Source: an uncultured Candidatus Saccharibacteria bacterium (GTDB lineage Bacteria > Patescibacteriota > Saccharimonadia > Saccharimonadales > Saccharimonadaceae). From it: a stretch of DNA of 40,515 nucleotides. Shown here piece by piece: positions 7,884 through 17,100 of the stretch (position 1 is its first letter; each line of letters starts with the position of its first letter). Under the pieces are notes generated by a model that saw only the letters and a list, made by a program, of their open reading frames with translations, made no database searches and was not told where the DNA came from. The position numbers and the translations under genes were made by a program. Where the stretch lies: contig CAYLGU010000001.1 in NCBI GenBank assembly GCA_964383445.1, positions 4,492 through 45,006 of the forward strand. The letters run 5' to 3'.

Positions 7884-8735
7884 ATGACATATAAACAAGC
7901 AACGAAGGCAGTTATTACCGACGCGGGTTTTGCGAGTCGTTTTTTGCCAATTACAAAAACTATACCAAAGGCGATGATTCCGATGGGCGCAAAGCCAATC
8001 ATGCAGTTAGTGGTTGAGGAGTGCGTAGAAGCAGGAATTCGCGACATCATAATTGTCGCTACAAAAGATGGCAAAAAAGTATACGAAGATTTTTTCAATA
8101 ACCCGGTCGAAAACGTCCGCAAACAACTAGAGTCCCAGGGGAAAATGGATCGATTCGAGCCAGTCAAGCACGTGCTAGAAATGGCAAACATTACAGTTAT
8201 TGAGCAGGACCCTGGCCTACCATATGGCAACGGCTCTCCAATAAAAAGTGCCGAACCGTATTTGAACCCTGACGAAGCTTTTGTTGCGCTCTACAGTGAT
8301 GATTTAATCATGGGCGAGGGTGACGTAAAAGTACTGCTAGATGCATATACGGCAAACCCTGAGGCTAAGGCCGTAATTACGGCACAAGAAATGCCAGAAG
8401 AAACTTGGAACAAATACGGCATGATTGCTCTAAAGGACGAAGCGCGACAAACTTTAAGCCATATTGTCGAAAAGCCAAAAACGCCATCAGAATCGCCGTC
8501 TAACTTGACTTCTTATGGCCGTTATTTATTAACGCCAGAAGTATTTAAATATTTAATACCGACGAACACTGGACTCGATGATGAGCTATGGACGGTGGAT
8601 GCAATTACGAAACTAGCAGCAGAAGGTGACGTGCTAGTTGTGAAAAGTCGTGGGAAATGGCTAACAACTGGCGACCCAAAAAATTACTTTGCAGCCTATT
8701 CAGAATATGTAAAGATAATGGGCGACAAAGCCTAG
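7884..8735 (+). CDS. galU: UTP--glucose-1-phosphate uridylyltransferase-like nucleotidyltransferase
   Basis: KAVITDAGFASRFLPITKTIPKAMIPMGAKPIMQLVVEECVEAGIRDIIIV matches the GalU N-terminus, but the G-x-G-T-R loop reads G-F-A-S-R. AAGGAG SD lies upstream. Confidence 0.75.
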   Translation: MTYKQATKAVITDAGFASRFLPITKTIPKAMIPMGAKPIMQLVVEECVEAGIRDIIIVATKDGKKVYEDFFNNPVENVRKQLESQGKMDRFEPVKHVLEMANITVIEQDPGLPYGNGSPIKSAEPYLNPDEAFVALYSDDLIMGEGDVKVLLDAYTANPEAKAVITAQEMPEETWNKYGMIALKDEARQTLSHIVEKPKTPSESPSNLTSYGRYLLTPEVFKYLIPTNTGLDDELWTVDAITKLAAEGDVLVVKSRGKWLTTGDPKNYFAAYSEYVKIMGDKA

Positions 8736-8745
8736 GGAGATATTT

Positions 8746-9039
8746 ATGGACAACGGGACAGCTACTTGGATTTTAGTAATATTCTTATCGATAGCTTTGT
8801 TGTTTTTCTTAATACTAGCGATTGTTCTACTATTCAAGTTGATTAGTATTACAAAAGAGGCAAAAAAAATTATCATAACCGGACAAGGTATCGCCGAAAA
8901 GGCAGACGATATCGTAGATAACGTAAAAGACATGACGAGCCTAGGGGGGCTTGTCAAGACTTTCGTTAATTCGTATACTAAGCGTAAGAACAATAAAAAA
9001 GAAGGTGGTCAAAGAAATGGCAACAAAAAAGACAGCTAA
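8746..9039 (+). CDS. small membrane protein (DUF948-like: N-terminal TM plus coiled region)
   Basis: GGGAG SD. One TM helix (WILVIFLSIALLFFLILAIVLLF) followed by a charged tail. Confidence 0.55.
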   Translation: MDNGTATWILVIFLSIALLFFLILAIVLLFKLISITKEAKKIIITGQGIAEKADDIVDNVKDMTSLGGLVKTFVNSYTKRKNNKKEGGQRNGNKKDS

Positions 9040-9301
9040 GAAAACAAAAAAGAACGACGGTAGCGGGAAGTTTTTCCTAGGGGCAGCATTGGGGGCAATT
9101 GCGGGCGGAATTACCGGTATTCTAACTGCACCGAAATCCGGCAAACAAACTCGTGCCGACATCGAGCGAGAAGGCAAAAAATTTGCTAAAAAAGTTCAAA
9201 AAGAAGGTAAGAAGATCGGTTCAAAAGTAGAAACCGAAATAAAGAAAGCTACCAGTGGCAAGACTGCTAAAAAGAACTCGGCAAAAAAGACAAGAAAATA
9301 A
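9017..9301 (+). CDS. YtxH-like small membrane protein
   Basis: Start moved from 8951 to ATG 9017, with GAAGGTGG 8 nt upstream. GKFFLGAALGAIAGGITGILTAPKSGKQTRADIE is typical of YtxH-type proteins. The tail is lysine-rich. Confidence 0.55.
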   Translation: MATKKTAKKTKKNDGSGKFFLGAALGAIAGGITGILTAPKSGKQTRADIEREGKKFAKKVQKEGKKIGSKVETEIKKATSGKTAKKNSAKKTRK

Positions 9302-9536
9302 AGACGAAATTGCTAAAAAAGAAGTTTTAAACGAACTTTTTTATGACATTTATCGTAAAAGGGGGCGCATTTATCAGATAAATTTTGTGCGCGGAATTTA
9401 TTTTGGCTTAGGCTCGGCTCTGGGCGGAACTGTTATTTTAGCTCTTTTGATTGGGGCTCTAACGATATTCATACAAATTCCAGGAGGGATTGGGGATTTT
9501 ATAAGATGGGTTATCGACACAATTAGTCAACGTTAA
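9255..9536 (+). CDS. small membrane protein, unknown function
   Basis: GTG-initiated ORF with no in-frame ATG. It has a basic N-terminus and one TM helix (GGTVILALLIGALTIFI). The start is uncertain and overlaps the previous gene by 47 nt. Confidence 0.45.
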   Translation: MARLLKRTRQKRQENKDEIAKKEVLNELFYDIYRKRGRIYQINFVRGIYFGLGSALGGTVILALLIGALTIFIQIPGGIGDFIRWVIDTISQR

Positions 9537-9540
9537 TATA

Positions 9541-9570
9541 AAATAGCCTAGAAAAACTAGGCTATTTTTT
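9541..9570. terminator. bidirectional intrinsic terminator between convergent genes
   Basis: Perfect 11-bp stem aaatagcctag/ctaggctattt with a 5-nt loop. A/T runs flank both sides. Confidence 0.7.
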
Positions 9571-11212
9571 ACTTGAGATTACGAAAGACGATTTTCTTGA
9601 GTCTCTCTGTAACTGGGCGGACTTCTTCTAGGTCCAAGAAATATCCAGCTATGAGATATGCCGCGATACTAGTAACGCTGATTAAGCAGAATTTCGGGAA
9701 AGTGCCGAAGAAGCTATTGTCGGTCGCAAGTAAGGGGAAGAATTTCGTCATAGAATAAGCAACGGCGCCAGAGATGAGGGCGGAGGCGCACATTTTGAAA
9801 AACCCGAGCCAGAAGTTTTTGTCGAGCAACTTCCCTTTCATATAGATATGCTGCAGAACCAACAGTAGCACTATTTCCAAGATAGCACCGACGGCCTGAG
9901 CAAAGGCAAGACCTTCTGGGCCAAAGCCCATAATAGTAAGTATGATAGCGAGAGCGATACTGATGCCAATAGCGACGATAGACACAATGAGGGGGGTCTT
10001 GGTGTTTTGTCTGGCATAAAAGCCACGGGCGGCAATATGAAAGACGGAGCGACAAAAGATTGAGATTACTAATATGCCCAAGATGCTAGCAATAAGCGGG
10101 TCGCCGCCGTTTTTGATGAAGTTTACCACGTAACCGCGCGCGAAGAACGCGATTACGGCAACAGGGAGAGAGATCCAAACGATCATGCGCAAGGCCGAGC
10201 GAAAAGTATGGCGGAATTCGTCTTCATTTCCCTCTCCGACGTCTTCGGTGAGCTTAGGGAAGAAAGCAGTCGAGATAGCCACGCCAATGAGGTTGACCGG
10301 CATCTGATGAAGATTCAGGGCCTGCTGATATGAACGTACGACACCGGAACCCATGCGGGACGCAAGGTTGGTATGGACGATACTATTCACGTAATCGATA
10401 CCCTGGTCTAACGAGCGGGCTGGCAGCATACCGAGCACTGCTTTGAAGCCGAGATTCTTCCAATAGACTTTGAATTCATAGTCAAAACCAAGACCGAATA
10501 GGCCGATGAGTGAAGTTATGACTTGCAAAAGTGCCCCCAAAACAACCCCCAAAGCAACTCCCATAATGCCACCTTCAAAAACTTGAACGCCAAAAATATT
10601 GATACCGTTCGTAAAGAAAACGATACCGATTAAAATACCGACGTTATAAAGTGCTGGGGCGAGCGCATAAAACACAAAGCGACCCACGGCTTGTTGGATA
10701 GAAGCTAAAACCGTAGCAATGGAAAACAAAAATGGGTTGATAGCAATAACGCGCATCATATTAATAGCCAAGGTCATGGAAGACTCGTCTAAACCGGGAG
10801 CGACTACGTAGCGAATCAATGGGTCGGCAAAAATCATAATAAGTACAGAAGTGACAAGAGTAACTAATGCCAAGATATTGAGAATAGAGGAGCTTAACTC
10901 CCATGCGGATTTTTTGTTGCCAGTCATAAGCCGTTGATTAAATACTGGGATAAAAGTTACAGAAAGAGCGCCCGACACTAGCAGAAAGAACATGAAATCT
11001 GGCACCGTAAAGGCCGCTGTATAGGCGTCGATTCCCGCCGGATAAGTATCTAGATAGAGCGAGTTCAAAAGACGATCGCGAAAAATACCGAGGAGAGCGG
11101 AGAGTAAAGTCGAAGAAGAAAGTAAAATGGCGGCAAATTTTATAGACAACTTGGCGTTCGCCAAAGCAACAACAGATTTAAACTTGAACTTCTTCATATT
11201 CTTATTATACAT
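9569..11212 (-). CDS. murJ: lipid II flippase MurJ (MviN family)
   Basis: 547 aa and polytopic. The N-terminus LLSALLGIFRDRLL... and overall MOP-family appearance match MurJ. The start lies 3 nt after the upstream gene. Confidence 0.85.
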   Translation of the reverse strand: MYNKNMKKFKFKSVVALANAKLSIKFAAILLSSSTLLSALLGIFRDRLLNSLYLDTYPAGIDAYTAAFTVPDFMFFLLVSGALSVTFIPVFNQRLMTGNKKSAWELSSSILNILALVTLVTSVLIMIFADPLIRYVVAPGLDESSMTLAINMMRVIAINPFLFSIATVLASIQQAVGRFVFYALAPALYNVGILIGIVFFTNGINIFGVQVFEGGIMGVALGVVLGALLQVITSLIGLFGLGFDYEFKVYWKNLGFKAVLGMLPARSLDQGIDYVNSIVHTNLASRMGSGVVRSYQQALNLHQMPVNLIGVAISTAFFPKLTEDVGEGNEDEFRHTFRSALRMIVWISLPVAVIAFFARGYVVNFIKNGGDPLIASILGILVISIFCRSVFHIAARGFYARQNTKTPLIVSIVAIGISIALAIILTIMGFGPEGLAFAQAVGAILEIVLLLVLQHIYMKGKLLDKNFWLGFFKMCASALISGAVAYSMTKFFPLLATDNSFFGTFPKFCLISVTSIAAYLIAGYFLDLEEVRPVTERLKKIVFRNLK

Positions 11213-11215
11213 TAT

Positions 11216-12130
11216 TTAGAGTTGATTGACCTTTTCCAGTACATCGATCGGGACACCGGCGGCGTTATACTGGGACATAATTGGGTAAGGTTTAGCTAAT
11301 AACTTCCAAGAATTATTTTCACGATGCAAGACAACGCGGTATGTTTCATAAAACCCAGTCGCTTCGCCGCCTTTGCGTCTAAGGGCGGCAATAAAGTAAT
11401 CGCCTAAACGAGTTGGGCTGACGATATCAAAATCATCCAAAAAATCTGCAAAGGATTCTTCGACAAAAATGCTACCATTGTTAGCGTCGCTTGCGACCAA
11501 CTCTGAGTAAAACGGGTCATAATAATCGTCTCCAAATTTAATATAATATTCGGACGGAACGACCTCCTCCGGCAGCTCGTATAATCTAGCTACGGCGACA
11601 TCTTGGTACGTGTAATTCGACTTTATAATTACACGGAAAGAACCGTCATCTTGGCCTTGGTAGCTGATAGAATAGAGGACTTTATTTATTGGGAGATATT
11701 TTAGGATCGGATTGGCGGCTCTGCGGGCGGCGTTTGCCTGTACCGCTAAGTCCCCGAAAATACCTTCAACTTCCAAGAAATCTGCTTGACGCCCATCGGT
11801 AATCGATTCCCCCTCGGAATCACTAGCATTTAGGCTACCTATTATATGTTTTTTATTTTCAGAGATTTCTACGGTGCTTTGCGCGCTATCAAAATGCTCT
11901 AAGCTGACTTCGACTTTATATTCGCCAGGCACAAGATAATTTACGGCGTCATTTTTTATCGCTTCGCCATTGACTTTAACGCTAGCCGTAAACGGAGCGT
12001 ACTTAGTGACGACGGCGATTTTGCCGTGACGATAAATGAGGATAGACAAAGAATAGATGATAGCCACAATAAATATGAGCCCTAGTGCAATAGCTATGAT
12101 TTTTTGTTGTTTGGAAAAATTTTTAAACAT
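11216..12130 (-). CDS. membrane-anchored extracytoplasmic protein, possible PEGA-like beta domain
   Basis: AAGGAG SD. N-terminal TM helix IIAIALGLIFIVAIIYSLSILI. VKVNGEAIKNDAVNYLVPGEYKVEVSLEHFDS resembles a PEGA domain. Sits between the hydrolase gene and murJ. Confidence 0.65.
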   Translation of the reverse strand: MFKNFSKQQKIIAIALGLIFIVAIIYSLSILIYRHGKIAVVTKYAPFTASVKVNGEAIKNDAVNYLVPGEYKVEVSLEHFDSAQSTVEISENKKHIIGSLNASDSEGESITDGRQADFLEVEGIFGDLAVQANAARRAANPILKYLPINKVLYSISYQGQDDGSFRVIIKSNYTYQDVAVARLYELPEEVVPSEYYIKFGDDYYDPFYSELVASDANNGSIFVEESFADFLDDFDIVSPTRLGDYFIAALRRKGGEATGFYETYRVVLHRENNSWKLLAKPYPIMSQYNAAGVPIDVLEKVNQL

Positions 12131-12144
12131 AGTTCAACTCCTTT

Positions 12145-14055
12145 CTAATTTGATTTACGGTACCAACGAACTATTGAGCTAGTGTAGGAATCGTATTCTA
12201 GATCCTCGCCTCCCGCCATAGGCGCACGGCCGCCAGTCTGGTCGTTACTATATGAAGCTGACGCAATAACACTGTTAAAACCGGGAATTTGACCGACGTA
12301 GATAAAGGTGTGACTACTGCCGCTTGCGTCGGTCCCGCCCATGAAAGCAATGTCGCCAGGCTGCAAAACACTAGTATCGATCTTGGTGGTATTAGATGAG
12401 TTAAGTAGCGTCCAACCGTGATCCATAACCCAACGTTCCTGAGTCTTGGTGCCGCCTTTACTAGAATTGTAATCGGATTCATAGCCACTATCTTGAACCA
12501 ATACAGTAACAAAGCCACCACAGTCAATACCCTGAACTCCCTTGACAGACCCGCCTACATAGCGACCTTCGCTACGAGCGCGCGTTACGGCATCTGCGTA
12601 GGCAGGCATGCGCTCGAGATAAGGCGTACTATGATAGTCTGGCCAGGCATAAGCGAGAACAGTAGAAGACAGCGATCCGGTATAGTTACAATTATTGTCT
12701 ACTGTGTTTTTATTTATCGCGCCATAGATCAACTCTGCGAAAAGGGCCTTACCTTCTTCGGTAGGATGAACCCCGTCAGAGCTGATAAAGCGCTCTGGGT
12801 CAGCACTAACAGAGCCCGCCCAATCAGCAATGCTAACCTTCGGGTTTGCAGACTGAGCCTGCCTCAACAAGGCGTTATTTGAAGAATAATCGGAAATGCC
12901 ATAGTTCGTAACAAAAACAATCTTACTGGCAGACTCGGAATAGCTCAAGACGGAATCAATCTGAGATTGAGTCAAATTATTGTCATTAGTACCTAGGGCA
13001 AAAATTAAAGTTTCTTTGGGCGGAATAATGCTTAAGATTGTTAAGCCTGTAGAAAATTGGCGGCTGTCGGCGGCGTCGATTTGCGAATCGGTCATGCCGG
13101 TGAATTTACTGAGAATTTGGGCGCGACTCCCGTTCGTAATTGAATCGCCGATAATCGTGACTTGTGAATTGTCCTGAGCGGAGGCGCTAGTGCCGCCACT
13201 AGCGATTGAGGTGCCGGCGAACTTATCGTAGTAGCCTTGAGCAGACGGCAGACGGTTTGGGTGATTTTCTAGTTGCGGTTTATTGGGAATTTCGACTTTT
13301 TCTAGAAAAAATTTAGTGGCGTCATATACGGTTTGCTGTTGCAGTAAGCCTCTGTAGCTACTGCTAGAGTTTATTTCTTCCCAAAGAAAAGCGATTTCGA
13401 TTTCCAACAAGGCGTTTGTGGCGCTATCGCCTGCTAGCTCGAGGAATTGTTCGCCATTGATAGTGCCGTATTGGCTGGGATTATTGAGGAACTGCAAAAG
13501 ATCAGGAGAGCGCGAGCTGATATATTTGTATAGATTGGCGCGACGACCAAAGGACCATTGAATTAGGCCTAGGCCATAAGAAATCTTGTAGCGGTTCTGT
13601 GAAGCATTGGTCTCAGAGGCGTCGTTGGCGCCAAGATTGAAAGTGCCGTCCGCGTTGCGATTTGCCGCCTTGGTAGTGCTCCAGTACTCTTCATACTTGC
13701 TACTCTCATGACGAGCGGGGCTAAGGCCACTTTCGTGCTGCATGTTGCCCATAATCCCTGCAGCCTGCTCTTCGGTAAATCCTACCGAAACTAGGCCAGA
13801 CCAAATCTTCTCGGCAATTGCGGAGCCAATAATGCTGACGGAGCCATCGCCAACATAGCAATTATTGATATTATCAGAGTCTGGATCGTAAAATAAAATA
13901 TCATTTTGGGCAAAAATGTCTAATTGCGCTTCACTGAGCGCAGAAACGGATTGGGGGGCGAGTATTAATACGCAAGCACTGAAAATAAAAAATAAACTAC
14001 GAAAAAAATAGCGAGCATTTTCAGATAAAAACTGGCATTGTTTGGCATTTTGCAT
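12145..14055 (-). CDS. secreted three-domain cell-wall hydrolase: lysozyme-like + SGNH/GDSL esterase + papain-like (NlpC/P60 or CHAP-type) peptidase
   Basis: Signal peptide: FFIFSACVLILAPQSVSA. The lysozyme-like domain (phage tail-tip lysozyme type) shows EEQAAGIMGNMQHESGLSP...YGLGLIQWSFGRR. SGNH blocks are VTIIGDSITNGS, ALGTNDN and DGVHPTEEG. The C-terminal domain has Cys/His signatures GIDCGGFV ... GDIAFMGG...SHTFIYVG. Confidence 0.8.
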   Translation of the reverse strand: MQNAKQCQFLSENARYFFRSLFFIFSACVLILAPQSVSALSEAQLDIFAQNDILFYDPDSDNINNCYVGDGSVSIIGSAIAEKIWSGLVSVGFTEEQAAGIMGNMQHESGLSPARHESSKYEEYWSTTKAANRNADGTFNLGANDASETNASQNRYKISYGLGLIQWSFGRRANLYKYISSRSPDLLQFLNNPSQYGTINGEQFLELAGDSATNALLEIEIAFLWEEINSSSSYRGLLQQQTVYDATKFFLEKVEIPNKPQLENHPNRLPSAQGYYDKFAGTSIASGGTSASAQDNSQVTIIGDSITNGSRAQILSKFTGMTDSQIDAADSRQFSTGLTILSIIPPKETLIFALGTNDNNLTQSQIDSVLSYSESASKIVFVTNYGISDYSSNNALLRQAQSANPKVSIADWAGSVSADPERFISSDGVHPTEEGKALFAELIYGAINKNTVDNNCNYTGSLSSTVLAYAWPDYHSTPYLERMPAYADAVTRARSEGRYVGGSVKGVQGIDCGGFVTVLVQDSGYESDYNSSKGGTKTQERWVMDHGWTLLNSSNTTKIDTSVLQPGDIAFMGGTDASGSSHTFIYVGQIPGFNSVIASASYSNDQTGGRAPMAGGEDLEYDSYTSSIVRWYRKSN

Positions 14056-14064
14056 ACTGCTTAT

Positions 14065-14093
14065 AGTATAGTTTGACTTGACTTTTTATGCAA
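14065..14093 (-). promoter_or_regulatory. sigma70-type promoter TTGCAT-17-TATACT for the hydrolase gene; -10 ends 9 nt before the ATG
   Basis: Minus strand reads ttgcat-aaaaagtcaagtcaaac-tatact-ataagcagt-ATG(14055). No SD is present. Confidence 0.45.
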
Positions 14094-14106
14094 GATGTGC
14101 TATAAT
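14078..14106 (+). promoter_or_regulatory. near-consensus plus-strand promoter TTGACT-17-(TGc)TATAAT with no downstream plus-strand gene (copy A of a duplicated cassette)
   Basis: The 30-mer cttgactttttatgcaagatgtgctataat at 14077..14106 matches 17231..17260 at 27 of 30 positions. Confidence 0.5.
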
Positions 14107-14116
14107 TGAAGGATAT

Positions 14117-14151
14117 GCCTAGTTCAGTTGGCGCCTAGGCTATTTCTTTTA
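14117..14151 (+). terminator. hairpin plus T-rich tail (terminator-like on the + strand only)
   Basis: Stem gcctag(14117..14122)/ctaggc(14135..14140) with a 12-nt loop, then tatttctttta. On the minus strand no T tract follows the stem. Confidence 0.35.
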
Positions 14152-17100
14152 CGCGGCAAAGCTGCGCTCGCGAGTAGTTGAGTAAATAACGAAATTCGAA
14201 GTCGGAGCAGTGTCGTGATCCGAAATAGTCACATCTGGGACGCTTTCAACAAAATCTGGGGCCTTAGGATTGGCAGCGAGCGGAGCAAGCTCGGTGGCGT
14301 CATAATCGGCAAGAAAATCTAAGTAATTAATTAGGTCGATAGTAGCAACAACTTGCTCCTTAGTCATACCGGAATAACGAGAAAGTACACCTTCGTAAGA
14401 GTTGTCAACGGGGAAAGATTCATAGTACTGGTCTAGTACAGCTACGGTTGCAGACTCTTCGATAATGCCGGCCGACTCCATCCATCTCTGGTCTTCGGAA
14501 TAGCGCTGATAATACTTATTTTCTGACCACAATTCATTTGAGCCAGAGGCTACGCAGGCTTGCCCGCTCACCCAGGGAGCGTTCTGTACGTTCGAAGCGG
14601 CTTCAAGGGCGTCCTTGGCGTCACCGACAAAAGGAATGGCGCCGACTACACCTTCTAGTATATTATCCAGGCCGCCAACACCGGTGTTGATATTGTATTG
14701 TTGCATTTGACTGGCGATATTTCCGTCAGCTAGACCCCATGCGGAACTGCGTTGGCCACAGAATATAATATATTGACCTAGGGCCGAATTGGCGTTGATT
14801 ATGGGGTTTAGCTCTTCGTCAAGTTCGACGTCTAGCATGCACCCGGAGGGGTCATCGTGGTTCTCTTCAAGATACTTGAAATTGGTAGGATATTGATATT
14901 GCCAATACGTACCCTCCGCTGCTGATTCGACTCTACATAAACTAGCGTCGGACTGAAGTGGACTATACACTTTTTTGTAGTCCGCAACCCTAAGATTTGC
15001 TACCGTTTCAAAAACATCCTGACCGGGATCGAGCCCAGCCGTACTTAAATCAGAAGTATAATACGGGTTGCAGTAGGCGTCTCCCATAATATTGATCGAC
15101 TCAAGGACTGGGCAATCTCCCTGTGAAACTATTAGATCTGTGTCGGCGATAGCCGAAGCTGAGGGGAGCAAAGACGTGACAGAGGAAGCCACGGTGCCAG
15201 AAATGCCAAAAATTATCCCCGTAACGCCACTCAAATTAGTTGACAAACTCATCATTTGGTAAGCTAGGCTACCCAGAAACGTGTTTTGAGAGCTAAGGTC
15301 AAATGGGCTTTTGGTTTGGCGATCATACTCGGCCTCTTCGGCTAGAATGCGCTCAGTTTCACGACGATAGGCTAATACCGTGTCACTGTCGCCTGGAGAA
15401 CCTCCACCACCTTGGTGATTGCCGCCCAAATATTTATTGCTACCAGATACTAATGCATTTCCTAAATCTTCACCAACAAAATCCGACAAGATGTCTTTCT
15501 TTATCATTTCGGCCGCGACTGGAATAATACTACTAAGCATGAAGGGTAGCACTACGCTCATGACGGTACTCATGGCAATTGATTTAGCGATACCCTTAAA
15601 AATAGAAGCGATACCGCCAGTAAAAACACCCAATATATCTACAACTATACCTATGCCCGCGGAAATACCTTGGGCATAAGCGCATTTCATAAAATCGTCC
15701 GCGGCAAATTGAGCTTCCATCCCCATAATTTTAATTTTACTCATAAGAGACTCGGAATTAACGGCGGATACACTAGTGTCGCTAGAATTGATGTTAATTC
15801 TGCTAAACAAAGCCGAGATGCCTTGTGCCTGCATAGCGGAAACGCCAGTGTTTGGATCTTTTGTACTTAGCGCATTTGCGTAATACGTCAACGGGCTACT
15901 GTTTCCGTCGCCTGCCATGACCTTATCCCGTGCTTCCAAAAAGCCCGAGACAAGATCAACAAATTGGGCGGCCTGGGCGGCCGCAACAATGCCGTGAATT
16001 GCACCAGTAGCTGAAAAATAAGCACAGGTAACATTAGCGGCGGCCTGGGCGACCTTTACGACCTTAGATTCTAAAGCTTTTTGCAACGCTTGGGCGTTTT
16101 TCTTGTTAAGAATACTGTCATCCGAACTAATTCTATCCCCGGTATCGACGCCTTCTTCTCTCAGGCCGCCAGAGTCAGGGTCGTCTGTCTCAGTAAGCTT
16201 CCTGCCATCTGACACCTCATCTTCAATCTGATTTTTTTGAGTAATAGCCTCTTTAAATTTCGAATTCCCACTCTCTATATCGCTGGCGGTCTGCCATTTT
16301 TTAAACCGATTACGCCCAATATTTAGCCTATCAAGAACTTTCAAAACAACCGAGTCGAACCAGCCGGCAATATTACCTTTCCAGGTCTTAGACGACTTCA
16401 AGTAGCCGTTGCGAAAACCGTCAAAATCGTCAAAGGCGTCACCAAGCGCAACTGCTGAAGACTTGATTTCGATATCTGGAGATTCTGCCTTAATTGCTAA
16501 GTCAAGAGCGTCTGCGTCAACTTTTTTGATGTCTGTATCGGTCAAAATTGGCTGTTTTTTGCCTGAACCGTCATCGTAAACCAAGAGCTTAACCTTCTTG
16601 CCATTAACGTTCAGACTCATAAAATCTATGCCTTCGGTCTTCAATTTCTTTATTTGTGCTTTAGAGAGGTTGAATTTTTCATTACCAAAAATCGTAGTGC
16701 GAGTTGGGTTCTTGTAGCGTTCCGTATCCAACTGAAAACGCAACATCGAATCAGAGCGACCGCTCATGACTGTTTTCATGGAGTTAAACTCTTGAACAAT
16801 ACGACTAGCTAGCGCGAAAGGCATGAGAGTCTGGCTGCCAAGCATCAAGCCGCCGCCACCCAATAATAACGAAATAAGGGCGATAAGTGGGCCCTTATTG
16901 CGGAAAAAACCCTTGGCTTTGGCTTTTTCTTCGTCTTTCTTGCGGCCTTCTACCCGGCTTGTAAAGGGCTGGTTTTGCTCGGCAGCCTTTGCTTCATTAG
17001 ACCCGCCAGACGTAGCGGATATTGACCTTGCAGAAGCAGATTCTTCGGCTCCTGCTAGTCTAAGTTTTGCCTGACTAGCTTTACTGGCAGAGTTCGGGTT

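Noticed and set aside
8951-9016. Upstream start at 8951 for the YtxH-like protein, and start at 34334 for rsmA.
   Set aside because: Both extensions overlap the preceding gene and lack ribosome-binding signals. The internal ATGs (9017 and 34262) give canonical N-termini, and 9017 has a GAAGGTGG SD.
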